Below are positions 41,367 to 54,738 of a DNA stretch of 64,000 nucleotides, one piece after another (the stretch's first letter is position 1; each line of letters opens with the position of its first letter). The translations under genes and the position numbers were made by a program. Source of the DNA: Rotaria socialis (lineage: Eukaryota); contig CAJNYD010000027.1 in assembly GCA_905331295.1 (NCBI GenBank), forward strand, positions 1 to 64,000. The letters are read 5' to 3'. The notes below the pieces were generated by a model. It was not told the DNA's origin and made no database searches. It saw nothing but the letters and a program-made list of their open reading frames with translations.

Positions 41367-42855
41367 TGTTTGATCGGTAGTCAAATCTAAAAATTAAAGT
41401 GAAATCATCTTTTGAGACCAACGCTCTAGCAAAGTGATTTTTTTTTCATTTAGAAAAAGACAATAAATAAAATAAACAATATGTCTGATTGGTTGAATGT
41501 AAACCAGTACTCAAGAAATTAGTGTGAATAATAAAATGTGCTTTTGATATATTATAAGGTTTTAATTATAGATGAAATAATTATTTGAAACGTTTTTTTA
41601 AATATCATTTTGATGGAACATTTATTCTTAAAATTCAATTGGTATTCGAAGCATCCAATCGTAGTGATGATTCACTCTTATATTTTACAAGAAAAAACGA
41701 AAGATGATGATACAAAGATCCTTGCTGTAAAGTGAGTCAAATGTAAAAAAAAGAAAATTTATTTCTCTTTAACCAACCAGTAGTTTTTTTTATTATTATT
41801 TCATTTTCACTATTTATTTTTCGTTCAACATACTAGAGAGTGACAGAAAGAACAAATCAGAAAATACAAGAGAAGAGAAGAGAACAAATGAGAGAGAGAG
41901 AGAGAGAAATCTTTTCGGCGATGCCATGTACAGAAGTAGATAGCATTACGATGAAAACAAACGCACACGCACACATAGGATGATGAGAAAAGACAAGAAA
42001 TATATTTTGTGAGAGTGCTCTCTAACAGATGAAAATTTACTTTTTCTGCTGTCTGCGATTTTTTCAACTACTATAATAAATTTCAAAGACTTTTGAAAGT
42101 AATTACAATGGAATAGTTTAATTGTTTTGCTTTAGTGTTGCAGCCAAGGGGAAAAAGCGCGACTTCTGTACTTCCTTTTTACTCCCTTCGTACTTAAAAG
42201 AAATTTGAAGCTCAAAGTCTCACTTTTCCCCCTCTTGATTGTAATACTCTGAGTGATATTCAATTTTCAAGTACTTTTTATATTGCATAGAGAAAAAAGG
42301 ACTTTCAAAAAAGTGTTTGCTGTTAGGTTTTGATTAGAGAATATATATCGGAGTGCAGGAGTCGCAGCAGCCTATGTCTCAAAATCAAGAAGTTAGGACG
42401 GGCACACATTAAAAAAAATATCAGGATATTTTCGGACTGATTTGAATAGTTACTTAAGTGATTAAATCTTCAGAAAAAGTGACTTAAGTATTGTTAATCT
42501 TTTATAATAACCACATGTATTGCTTCGATGAGTTTCATAAACCATGAAGAAAAAATAAAAAATTTAAAGAAAAATTTTTCGGATGCGTGTTTCTAGTTCT
42601 GTTGTTTTTGTTCTCGGAGCTCGGGTGCACCATTTCCAGTCGCGGCTGTGTGACTTGGATATTCAGTTCAACTGTAGTGGCACATCCCTATTCTTTCAAC
42701 ATGATTCATCCTAGTTGGTGTTCAGTCTCTGTGTATATATAATGTAAATCAACATATATATTATGCTAGTTTATTGTGGAATTTTGTTTCTTTACTTCGT
42801 GTCTCTTCAATAAGAGCGTTTTCGAATGATGAGAACCACCAACTTTGGTTCAAAA

Positions 42856-43142
42856 CAGAGATGTCATAATATCCTAACACTGGGTATCGTCGACATACCA
42901 GTCACGATATCCATTCAAGTGGATATCTAAAATGGATACCCTATTGTAGGAATACGTATCTTTATAATTATAAGTAAGGAAACGTGATGCTATGTTTAAA
43001 TTTATTGTATTCATGTAGTCAGCTTTATTCCAATATTTATCGATAGATACAGATTTGTTTACTGCATAGATATCCATGCAACTGGGTATCCGATCTGGGT
43101 ATTCATCTCGATACCCAAGTTGTGGATATTATGACATCCCTC
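42856..43142. mobile_element. hAT-like MITE
   Basis: Terminal inverted repeats agagatgtcataatatcc / ggatattatgacatccct and internal gggtatc/gataccc motifs. No target-site duplication visible. Confidence 0.7.
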
Positions 43143-43150
43143 AATTTTAG

Positions 43151-43867
43151 AGATGTTTATTATTGTCCGGGTAATCATGAATTATGGACACGATCCGGTA
43201 GAGAAGATGAAGAATTGCATATTGATAATTCTATAGAAAAATTCCAGTATGCATTATGATCATTATTTACTCATATAAATTTATTTGATTTTCTCTAGAT
43301 ACTGAAAACTTGCGAAAACATTTTGGCGTACATACCAAATCGGGTGTTACTACTCTTAATCTAGTTTTAAAGAAAATAGAAATAATTCGAAAATCATTAC
43401 ATTTTCACATGTTTTAACAAGCAAGTATGTGTGATTAGCATTATTACTAAATTTACTCGACTTTTATCTTAATATAGAAAATTAATGAAAGCATATATCG
43501 ATGAAATGTCTCTTCGTCGACAAAAATGGCTTGACAGTCGAAAAGGTACACCACGCATAGAAGAATGGAACAATGACAGCGAATTTTTCATTAGTGGCTG
43601 GAACTGAATTATTAAATGAGCAATTGAAATTAATTAAACCACAAGTACACATATTTGGTTAGTACTACTGAATAAACATTCTATGCTTCAAAAGAAATTT
43701 ATCTTGTTTTTTATTTTTGTATTTATTAGCTCACAGTCAAAATGGAATTGGATATTGGTCATGGTATTCAATATATAAATAATTCATTTGGTTATATAAG
43801 AGAAAGAGAAACAGGAGTAATCAAGTCGCCTCCTGAGATTTATGAAATAAATAAAGATAACTTATGA
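43151..43867 (+). pseudogene. Calcineurin-like metallophosphoesterase pseudogene
   Basis: DVYYCPGNHELWT...SIEKF, then frameshifted pieces ILKTCEN/GVHTK, NFSLVAGTELLNEQLKLIKPQVHIFAHS and GIQYINNSFGYIRER. The N-terminal exons were not found with confidence. Confidence 0.7.
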
Positions 43868-44713
43868 GATTGCTTTTAATATCAAAAACATTATTTATTA
43901 TCAGCTGAATGCCAATGACACTATTGTGAAAGATTATATAAGAATTCATTGGTTTCACTTAAAATGTTACATGCTCTATTATTCCTCAGAAGAACATATA
44001 TTCTGAACGAATATTCAAAGCGGTAGCCCTCAATTTTACAATATATTCATTCCATAATCTATATGTAGTTCAAACTTCAATCGATAGTCTCATATAATGA
44101 AAATTTGTAATATTTTTTACATCGAATTATATTAAAGATCGCTATAGAAGATCTCCAGTTTTGAAGACAATACCCAAGCGGACAAATTAATAGTATTCTG
44201 AATGTGTTTACATAATTTTGATTTAATATGAGTAAAAAATTTAATTTATGAAGAAATAAGTAATTTCATTCTAGTAGTGTCTTGGCTGCTTTGTATGTAT
44301 AGTTAAATCTATAGACATGTTTTTAAAAAAAGCATGCTATTCGATTATGTTGATTTTAACTCTTGTTTTTCAATTCATTTTAACGCACTGTTAAAAATAG
44401 CAGAGACGCTCTTTTTACCCATTCTCTTCATGAAAGCCATCTACTCAAATGAAACCTTGGATGAGTACACGTTTTATGCTCTTTCGGTGAAAAGTCTCTT
44501 CTTTTCTTTTATTGACACAAATAGAGAACGAAGAAAAGACAGCGGCATACATCACAAAAAAACCTTCACTAAAAAGAAAATACAAAGCGCCGACAACACC
44601 CATTATTTACTCAAGTAACATTCTACAGACATTCTCTTGGAGTTTTTCAATTCTCATCGCCTTGCAATACACGTATTTTTAACTAAAGTAAGTGTCTCAG
44701 AGAATTTCATCAG

Positions 44714-44813
44714 NNNNNNNNNNNNNNNNNNNNNNNNNNNNNNNNNNNNNNNNNNNNNNNNNNNNNNNNNNNNNNNNNNNNNNNNNNNNNNNNNNNNNNN
44801 NNNNNNNNNNNNN
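44714..44813. other. Assembly gap (N run)
   Basis: Run of 100 N. Confidence 1.
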
Positions 44814-45073
44814 GTAAATACGTTTTTATTCTATTAAGAACACTGAGCGATCTTTCGGCAGTGGCTGTTGTTACAGGTACTGTCAAATATAATGTTGTGT
44901 AATAATGCGTCATCTGTCATGACAACAAAAACTGAACTATAAGAAGATACGTTTACATGTAACAGAGTCTACTCAAGCGTTTAACTCTTATAGTTTGAGC
45001 CTATCCAAGCCTACCCACTTTTATTCTAGGGCAGGCTTGCGTCTACCAACGCCAAATGGCTCCGCCGCCTATG
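44814..45073 (-). mobile_element. Internally deleted hAT element: C-terminal dimerisation-domain fragment plus a probable terminus
   Basis: LYLTVPVTTATAERSLSVLNRIKTYL is the hAT C-terminal motif. ctccgccgcctatg near 45060-45073 resembles a CATAGGCG-type end. Confidence 0.7.
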
Positions 45074-45710
45074 TTAGAGTAGTAAGCGAGCGCACTTAAA
45101 TATTACAACAGTTGCCGAGGAATTACCTGGAGATTTCACACCAAATCAGAATGTTCGCGCAATATTATCAAGATACCCTCGGAGAGAGTATAACATTAGT
45201 TGATCACATAAGCTCATACAAATCACCAAAGTAATCTATATATGGGTGTATAATTATGGATAGATACGTATATGCATAGACATGGGAGTGGTCACTCGTT
45301 TTATAACGCGCATTTCCCCTTTTTCAACAGGTAGGGAAATAGAAAATGAAATCGAGAAAGAGAAAAGAGCGAGTATATAAAAGGACGAGAAATTGATGGA
45401 ATAGGTGAACATTTTTTAGTTAGCGTAGTAACAAGAAGGAGAATACTTAGAAGATTAGAAACAGTAGTTACATAGCTATAGACATATAAAACGAAAGATA
45501 GGGATCATTACCGTGGAATTGTTGTATCACAATCATTCTTTTTATAATTTACGTCTCAACGCTCAATTTATCTCATTTATACCAGCTTATTGTTCATTGT
45601 GTGTATTCATCTTATTATTCAAATAAACATCAGTGAATTCGTAACGTAATATTCTAACTCATTGATTTATCTACGAGTAAGTACCGACCAAAAAAAATTA
45701 TTTCGTTACA
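45072..45710 (+). mobile_element. Possible solo LTR
   Basis: Starts tgttaga, TATA-like gtatataaaagg near 45372, aataaa near 45622, candidate ends attctaac (45658) or gttaca (45710). No target-site duplication found. Confidence 0.35.
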
Positions 45711-46177
45711 ATTTCATATTTAGAAAATCACATACATTTCTTACTTCTAGAATATGTTTGTGTGCCAAGAAGTACGTCCGTCGTAAAGGACGAGATTAGA
45801 TAGGGGTTATATGAACCACTGGACGTCCGCTCATAAGTCATAGAACTAATGGACACCCTTGTATATGACGACACATAATCACCCACTGAACAATACGTAA
45901 TCGTTCCCTGTATCCTTTTCTCCCTATGTATCTTTTTGTCTCTCTCTAATATATAAACGCGCGTTATACGTAAAATAGACAGCAGTATAAGAAGAGTAAT
46001 ATTAGAGCAGTATAAAGGCCGTTGAGTCGAGTTCACTTCTAAGCAAGTCAAGTTCCAAGAAGATCGTGTTGAATTGTTGTTAATATTATAGACACAGTGG
46101 CTAAAATATATAGCTGATACTGATCTACACTTTGTTGCCCATCATCCTATATCAGAATATATACGCAATTCTATATA

Positions 46178-46580
46178 CAGTAAAGTGCAAAAGTCTTTGC
46201 CCTGTATATTGTCCAATATTTTTAAAGCATAACTCTCGAAATATCTAAACAGATTTTTCGACAACATTCTAGTAGGTGAGAAGAGGTATATATATATAGC
46301 TATGTATATCGCGATTCATCGTAAACATTCTTCATCATTTTGGAAAAAATGTCTCAACAACGAAATCTTAGTACAATGAAAACGAAGCGATCAACTATTT
46401 TACATTATTGGAATAACGGTCATCCATCCCCTGCAACAATTGCTCGTATAACAAAGATCCCAATTAGAACTGTTAAATACAATATTGTCAAGATTAAAAA
46501 CCAAGGCACAATTGAGGATAGACCACGCAAGATTACAGTAAATGATGACAAAGCACTCGGTCAATGGATTCGGCGAAACA
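46178..46580 (+). mobile_element. 5' fragment of a Tc1/mariner transposon (terminus plus transposase HTH region)
   Basis: TA|cagtaaagtgcaaaagt is a Tc1-like terminus. KRSTILHYWNNG..SPATIARITKIPIRTVKYNIVKIKNQGTIEDRPRKIT.NDDKALGQWIRRN is a Tc1-type HTH region, truncated at 46581. Confidence 0.8.
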
Positions 46581-46617
46581 AGGGTGTGGGTGTTCTAGAC
46601 GTCCACACCCACACCCT
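46581..46617. repeat. Short palindromic element with TGTGGG-type arms
   Basis: Perfect 13 bp inverted repeat agggtgtgggtgt / acacccacaccct. Relatives at 50711-50762, 51464-51510 and 52192-52409. Confidence 0.8.
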
Positions 46618-49046
46618 CGCACTGTATTCAAGATTTAGAAAAAGAAAAGTTTCTTTTGAACAGATTCTTATACCAAGCTCATTAACATATGCATATAGAG
46701 AACGATATCGGTTGAATGATTGTTTATCTACTAAATGTAAGTAGCAGTCAGTTTCATTAGTTAGAATGTACGACAGAGTAATGAAAGATTCATTTTTCTC
46801 CACTCAAGATCAGAAAGGTTTTAGATGATACTATAAGAAAAAAAGAGATTGTTTGAAGTTTGTTTTATGACAGTATTGAAAATCATTGGAGGCAATCTTA
46901 CAATTCAATCATTTTAATTCGAAAGTGGTAAAGAATCTATGTGTTAATGTTTCTAATCTAGCTCCAAGATTAATGTACTAATGATTTGATATAGTTACAC
47001 AAGTAGAGTGAACGAATCGTATGTTTACAAGAAAAAAATATTAATAAACATATAAATATGTAGTTGAACAAAGAAACAGCTACTGTTGCATTGATTCATC
47101 TAATTTTAATCTATCTTAGTTAGCTCAATAGATAAATTTGAGGTCGTGCGAATAGTATTGAAAATCTAGTTAGTGTAAATGTGTCTAACATTTCAGCAGT
47201 TATTTCTTCTTCAATGTAAAACAGTTTCATTCAATACTTTGTTTAACTTTAAGAGTATAGAGCGCAATCAATCCTCAATAAAATGAGATAAAACTTTTAA
47301 AGTTCCTTAAAAATACAACAAAACTGAAGAAAATAAGTGAATCCTCCTGTACTGTATATTATTCTCTGATAGTTTGTGGAATGCATACATTTGAAATTGT
47401 TCATCGAAACATGTACATGATGGAATAGTATTGAGAAACAAAAAAAGTCTGTCATGTTTTGTATCATTACATTTTTCGAAAACATGTCATTATTAATTTG
47501 TGAAGCGATGAAAATGAGAAATGTCACATATGATAGTAAATCACATATTTATTCTTGTGTCTCTTTTGATAATAAAATCTTTTCAAAGTTAAATGTTTAA
47601 AATCACTAGATTTGTAGAAAGACATATTTTTGTAAAGATTGTCAAAAAAAGGTTAATCATGGAAAGCGGAAAAAAACTAGTTTGAATGAAAATATTTTCT
47701 ACAATGATATAACTACTGTCATGTAACATAAAACAGATGATTCAATACGATTAACGATGAACTTGAAAAGAGATAGAAGACATTTTCTTCTCTTCTGATA
47801 AATAGTATATGAATATTCAAGTTATCTTCCTATTGCAACTTCAATATGATTTTAACTGAGTGACAAATATAAAAGCTTTACGACGATCTAGTCGTATTCT
47901 TGTTTCAAAACTTTGTATATACGAAAAGATATGTATTTTACAATTAGAAATGCGTTCAATATCATGCATAAAAGCGAAATAGATGCTTAGCTCCTTTTTT
48001 TTGGAAACTATACAAATTAATCTGAAAGAAACATGGTGTCACTAAAATTATTCTTGATGAGAAAAGAACAAAAATATTTCTAAGTCTATATTACTATTAT
48101 AAGTCAAGCGACTGTAAAGTATACTGATTGAGTCGGTACTTCTCGGCCAATGTCACCATTTTGTTTTGTTTATTTTACTACGGATTGAGTTCAATGATCT
48201 TACCATTTATTCTTTTTTCTTTCTCATACATTATCGAACGATTATTTTCCCAATCAATAGCACATAATCTATTATTTCATGAATTTGATTATTTGCTATA
48301 GATAGTCGAAGACCAGAAAATACAACGTAAATTATTTTTACTCATATTTTTAAGCCGATTCTTCAGTAAAAAAATGACAATTGTATTAGTGAATTCTCTA
48401 AGAAAAAAAATGCAAAAAATATTTGAAAACTTAATATCATTAGAATACATCATAGACTCATGATAGCATATTAGAAATTCAGTTTTTAAATGAACTGTTT
48501 GTCTACTGTAAAAAGAGTTGAAAAAGCTAGTTATACATCTAATCAAGAAATAATTGCTCTGTGAGAATTCGTAGAATTCCTCAGAGATCGAGATCCAAAG
48601 ACTTAAATACTGGTAATAAAAGTTTTCCTGTGTGTATATCAATTCGATACATTTTTAATCTCTTCGGTCGAATCATTTATTTTAGGAATAAACATTAAAA
48701 TAATACATTTCACTTGTCATTGCCTTCGAACAACTAATATATATATATATATAATGATTATTCGATGAGAAAAATTATCTTTGCTACGCATAGATGTACT
48801 CCAAAGAGTGACTAAAAGCAAAAATCTCATTTAGCATCGAGTGAAAATAGACAAATTGCAAAATCATACTTTGTTCCCTAATTTCTAATTGAATTTCAAT
48901 TTCTAGTGATTTATATCGCTGGAAGAACTCATTCGTTACAATCATTTATTTCGAATAGAGTAAGAAGTTATGTTAGATTTGCTAAATATCAGAGAGCAGA
49001 AGCAGATTCTCTTAAAAAATGATGATATGATCTATGCGAGTTTTTC

Positions 49047-50332
49047 CTATGAGTACATTGTACCTGACAAATGCAAATAGTTATATTCACATGGTCCATA
49101 CTAATCAAAACAATAAAACAACAATATCTTACCTTCATTAATTGAAGCACTAATTTTTACATCAGGCATCTGAAACAATGAGATATTTCATTAATATTTT
49201 TTCTTCTTTTAAGTATCTATGATCTTACTTGGCCAGTGATCGAATTTATTCCTGTCTTTTTGCTAGTATTGGCAGCTGCTCCATGTGTATCAATCTATAA
49301 ATAGAATGATTTAAGTGTTAACCTTAGAAGATAATAAGAAATAGTTTGATTTACTTGAGATTTGTTTGAATGTTTTTTTGACTTTCTTTTGCTTATGTCA
49401 AAAGAAGCCACTGTCGAATCACCTGTAATAAAAAGAAACATCAGTTATACATTCTTAATTTCACCAAAACTCGAACAAATTTAAAGCAATATTTAATATA
49501 GGTAGTATACTGTATCTATTAAATAAACATTCTATTTTTATTATCTTTCGAACTCACTAGGTGGATTGGAATGAATTGATAATGAACCAATAATAGGTAC
49601 CGGTTGTAGGAGTGGAAAAGGTGGAATAGTTTCTTCCAGTTGAATAATGTAAAGGTTACCTTGAGTAAGGCAACCTTTTACTTTGAATTGAGTTGCAGCC
49701 ATAAGAAGTACCTCATCTTCAGCTGGGTAAAACGAATGCTGGCTAATATCTCTTGCTGATTTACATTGTAAGGTAAACATAGTTCTTCTGCCTGTTTTTC
49801 CCAAGAATATTTCTGAATCTAGCACATCGACAGATGTTGTGCATGATGAGAAACCGCATCATACAATTGATTCTCCTTTGATATAGCGATTGCTGAGGTC
49901 TAATCTAACACCTCTGTATGCCACCGCAGGAACCAACGGAAGACGAAACAATGCATTTAAAAAAAGTCTCAAATAATGATACCAAAATGGGAGTCTCTGT
50001 TGGCGATTTTTAGCGCGCAGTGTGTCATTCAAGACCACGTATAGACATTCGTCAAGAGGCTCCCATCCCATGGTGTACAACATAATCGAAGCAGATTCAT
50101 CTTGTGTTAAATTATCGGCAGGTTTCTTACATTTTAATTTAGCGGCGTATGCATGACTTTGAACATCAGGTAGAATAGGAACAAGTGGTTTCACCGCTTC
50201 TTCAAGTGAAACAAGGGGTACTTTCGAATAGCCGCCGATGGGTGTAAGAATTTCCAGTGACTCTTGTACAACGTCACTAAAGCGCAATACACGTTGTACT
50301 GTCGCTTCTTCTCCTCCACCTGCTGTGGCCAT
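49047..50332 (-). pseudogene. NAD(P)+-arginine ADP-ribosyltransferase (ART) domain gene with an in-frame TGA
   Basis: LTQDESASIMLYTM, LYVVLNDTLR and R-S-E motifs YRGV, FSSCT, EDEVLL. The expected IVWWGFSSCT reads IV*CGFSSCT (TGA at 49859-49861). Small downstream exons join in phase; 3' end tentative. Confidence 0.8.
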
Positions 50333-51092
50333 GATTATTAGAAAGAAAATACTTTAAGATGATTAATATCTGAAAGTAAAACAAAGACTCATTCAGTGTT
50401 ATTTTCTATAATTTCATCTATTTTATCTCAATATAATAATTAAATTTTCACAATATTAGACAAAAAATATGTGCGTCTACAAGCCCTTTTTATTATTGAT
50501 TATTATGATTAGTAATAATCAAATAAATAAAATATTCCAGTTGTTAAAAGTAAGAAAACAAGATTTAGTTTCACGTGATATATACTATTTGGAACATCAG
50601 TCTTGAAGATAGCTGCTACGGGAATTTCCTCTGTCGATTCAGAAACTTTCGAATAAAAGACTTTTTAACAATCTTTTCAAACAAAATTTGACTACTGTTA
50701 CAGCATTTTCGGGTGTAAGTGTGAGTATTGCTTACTGACTAACACTCGCACCCACACCCACAAGGAAAAGACAGAAATATATGAAAAGAAGTAAATATAT
50801 AGTGTACATATTATAGATGCAAAGTTTCTACGAAATACAAGGAAGTTATATACTATCAATTCAATGTTATAGTGTTCATATTTTCTACTGTTTTTGAATA
50901 TTCACTTCAACAAGTATTTTTAAGTTAGAATATGTTTGTAAGAATAATGTGTACTCCTTGCTTTTTTATAATTTCAACGATGAAAAAACTGCCTGTGTGT
51001 TTCTTTTATGTAAAAAAGAAGATTCGCAAATCCATTAAAATTTTATTATCATTCCACTTACTTCAAAAACTTATATTTACTGGTCTACACTT

Positions 51093-51390
51093 CCCAGGTC
51101 GAACATTCCGGCCACCGGATCCCGTATGATACTCCAGGAAATATGCGGGAAAGTCACCATATCCTGCAGGAAAACACGGGAAATCGCTGGAACATGGAAG
51201 CAGTATTCCGGTCAAAAATACGGCCGGACTTTTCCGGTGAATTCCTGCCAAGTTCTGGTGCTTTCCGGCAAGAATTGATCGGAAATCATCGGAAAAAAAT
51301 CCGAAATTTTTCCAACCGGAATACTGTTTCCACAAAATCAACGGAACTATCCGGAACCGGCCGTTTCCAGGCCGGACTCTTCGACCTGGG
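51093..51390. mobile_element. MITE with CCCAGGTCGAA termini
   Basis: 11 bp perfect terminal inverted repeats cccaggtcgaa / ttcgacctggg, flanked by TT on both sides. Decayed relatives near 1515-1810, 16247-16300 and 58176-58280. Confidence 0.85.
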
Positions 51391-52191
51391 TTCAAGAATT
51401 TTCTCTACTCTTTCTACCTCGGTGCCACCTGACAAAAATTTTATAGTATAAACTATAACCTTATGTGTGGGTGTGAGTGTTGACGTTCTGGACATCCACA
51501 CTCACACCCTTCTTCCTAATAACTTACCACGATTGAAAATTTGAAAGCAGTTGATGTGCTACTATTGTTGTGAGGAAGAATTTTTTTCAACTCATAAGGT
51601 TTAGTCGATATTTTTTTCAAACGTCTTTTTCCTTACCTTTTTTTGAAAAGCGACATAACTCAATCCATTTCTATTTGCTTCACCACTTCTTTTCTTTTTT
51701 CAAGCATGTACACTTTGAAGAAATATCGCGTACATAACAACAATACGCATTCAAAGGAAGAAGAAAAGGAAATTATTCTTTTTGGACGAAATTATTCAAT
51801 TCTGAATAAACAGTTTGGTACTGAATGTTTGCTCGAATGAAAACAATATAAATTTATAACAATGAATAGCAACAGGCAATACGGTAGAGTAATCTATTGT
51901 ATCTCTAATTAATTTAAACTTATTTTTGCGTTAGAATTCTCATTCGAAAAATATATTTGAAATTCAATAGAAAATTGATTTATTCTTCATATAATTCTTA
52001 TATATATATATATATATGAAAACAGGTAGATTTTTCAAAAAAATATTAAAAACGTTTCTCATGGTGTCGGAGTAATCAAAATTTTCGTTTTTATTATTTC
52101 TCATTGTAATCAACAGATGCGAATATAAGTTTTTAAAAATGATACTGATTAACATGTGCTTATTATAGAAATGTAACTATCGAGTAAACAG

Positions 52192-52409
52192 CAGGGTGTG
52201 GGTGTGGGTGTGGTTGAGCTAAGAATACAGTTACACGCACACACCCACACCCTAGCTCTTAGATGCGTTGATGCAACGTTGTGAGTGAATGGAGACTTTC
52301 TCAAATTTTTGCTACCCAGTATCCAGCTGACGAAAGTTTTTATAATAGCAACTGCTAATCAAACTTGCGTAGTACGATAGATTTTCTACACACCCACACC
52401 CACACTCTG
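52192..52409. repeat. Element bounded by inverted TGTGGG arrays
   Basis: cagggtgtgggtgtgggtgtgg at 52192 has two inverted partners, cacacccacacccta ending 52254 and cacacccacacccacactctg ending 52409. Confidence 0.7.
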
Positions 52410-53478
52410 TTCGGTTTCTGTGTACTTTGACTGCTTTTTTTTTCATTCTTTTTAAAACACTTAAAAATATGAATTCTATTGGCAATAGAACTGTACATAG
52501 AAACACTAAAATATTCAGTAGACGAGTAGACGACGAATGAGGACAAAGCAAAAAAAATTCTTAATTCCATAAAATTTATTTCTCTGCGGTTTCAAGGTGG
52601 TTTCTGTAAAAAAAAACTCTATGCTCGACCTTTCGACTATTCATTGTCAAAAACAAACTAGCATTTTTTTAAAAATATCTGACATCTCTTTAGAATTGAA
52701 ATATAAATCAAATCAATAAACTCATACCGCTATTCGGTACTTGATTTTATCACCCACTGAAAATAAGAGAAACAAGAAATTTAGCTTACGGATTTGAATT
52801 TTTACTTCAAAAATATTCACATTCTCATGAAAATAATCTAAAAAATGATTTATGATACAATACATGTATAGCAATTTAGAAGTATCCTGACATTTTTTCT
52901 TGCTAAATTCACAACATTAAAGCATGTATAAGTAGCGACTGAAAGAAGTCAAGCAGGATCATTTAAAATATCAATACTAAATCAAAAAATCGAAATATGC
53001 ACATTTTCAGATAACAAGTATTGTCAGGTGTAAGAAAAAAGAAATTCAACGATAGCGAACTTTTCTTAGTCTTAAAAGTCATAAAAACGATGCACCTATC
53101 TTTTTAAAATATGACTTGTTCATTAATATCCTACGACTACTATGAGAATACGAAGCAAAATGTCTGTAATTCATGTTACTATTTTTTATACTAATTCAAA
53201 GATGTTGATTTTTTCCCATCATCTCTCTTTTTATTTTGCAAGTAGAAAAACTAAGCCAATTCACTTTTAATAATCATGTTTTTTTAAATGTGATTCTCTA
53301 ATAGTATATTGATTTTATTATTATTCAAATGTTCTTGAAAAACAGCAGTCCTCAACTCTTATGATGTAATTAAACAATTGAATGTAAAAATACTTGTAAA
53401 CATATCAAAGTCTAAATCAGCACCTACTAATAAAAAATACTTGATTACAAGAGATGATGATAGTAAGAAAAGAAGTTT

Positions 53479-54290
53479 TCATGTGGAAATTTGCTGGTCA
53501 TTGTAATGGTCTTTGTCGAAGTCAGTTTCAATTGATTGTTGTGATAACATTACTTCTTTTTCAATCAATAATTGTTGGATATGAATAGGGGCCTTTGACA
53601 TATCACCAATATCAACCATGATTTTAATAAATATTGTATAATCGCGAACATATGGATTAGATTTTTGTTGGTTCTTCGCTAATGGAAACAATTTAGCTGT
53701 AACACTAGAAATATTAATTTCTGAGCTTGATCTCCACAAACTATTCGATTTAACATTTATGTGATTTTGCAATTCAAGAGAAACTTTAAAATCGTATCAT
53801 TGTTAGTCTACGCACTTGAACAAAGAACGGTGACATAAGTGTACGTCTAGCAGTTTCCTGCTCATTTAATTAAAGTCGAGCTCGTATCTTGTAGTCAGTT
53901 GGTGATGAATAAAATGGAGGCGAATAAATCGATTCATTCACTGTATATTTTGAAATGAAAAGAAGTTATCGTTCTTCAAATCGAGTCTGGCATTCAATAT
54001 TTTTCATTGATGGGATATTTTACTTTTGCTACCTATTTACAATTTCATAAATTCTACAACAGAAATAAAATAAATATCACGCAAAATGTTCATACCCAGT
54101 AAACGAACAAAGTGTGACTTTGAACACAGATTTCGATAATGAACATATTTGAAAGATCGATCGGGCATTATCTTGAAACAAAACAAAAATTTTTTGAATA
54201 GTTGTGTTTGTTCAAGCTTATTGTTCCATAGTTATGCTTAACAAATAGATCAATAATATGGGAAACAGGATTATTTCATTTTAAACATGT
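53479..54290 (-). pseudogene. TRAF (MATH domain) pseudogene
   Basis: SIYSPPFYSSPTDYKIRARL*LN...ARRTLMSPFFV, frameshifted NDTILKFLLNCKIT, a deletion, then KSNSLWRSSSEINISS..KLFPL...NPYVRDYTIFIKIMVD. Fainter N-terminal remnants upstream. Confidence 0.8.
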
Positions 54291-54738
54291 ATGTCAAGTC
54301 AATTGTTTAGTGTTAATCGATGAAATAAAATCTAATGTTCGGATTAATAGAGCATAACAGATCTTTAATATATCGAATGATGATGATTGATCAACGCGAG
54401 GAGGTTCATCATAATTTAAAGATCTGGATGTTGTTGAACTGATTGATGAAATAAATCGAGTATTTGTTAATGTATTATTAAAATCATCAAGAATTTATTC
54501 TTTTAGAGTATCTGAATTTGAAAGATTTCAAAATAAAATCATGATTTTTCGATCTATTATCATTATAGATAAATCGAAATTTAAACAGGCGAATGGTGAA
54601 ATCATTTGCTTCATTACTAAATCATTACTAAATGTAATTTTTGTATTTAAAGAATTTGTGAAAATAGATCGAACTTGATATTTTATTTTATTTTTTATTT
54701 TATAAGAAGAGGGTTCCCGTTTCCCGAAGGAGACGGGA

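Noticed and set aside
49859..49861. Selenocysteine or an alternative genetic code for the ART TGA
   Set aside because: The position aligns to Trp rather than Cys, no SECIS was recognised, and neighbouring genes use TGA as stop.
50932..51501. Several ORFs around 51.1-51.5 kb
   Set aside because: They lie within a GC-richer MITE and a TGTGGG palindrome and show no protein motif.
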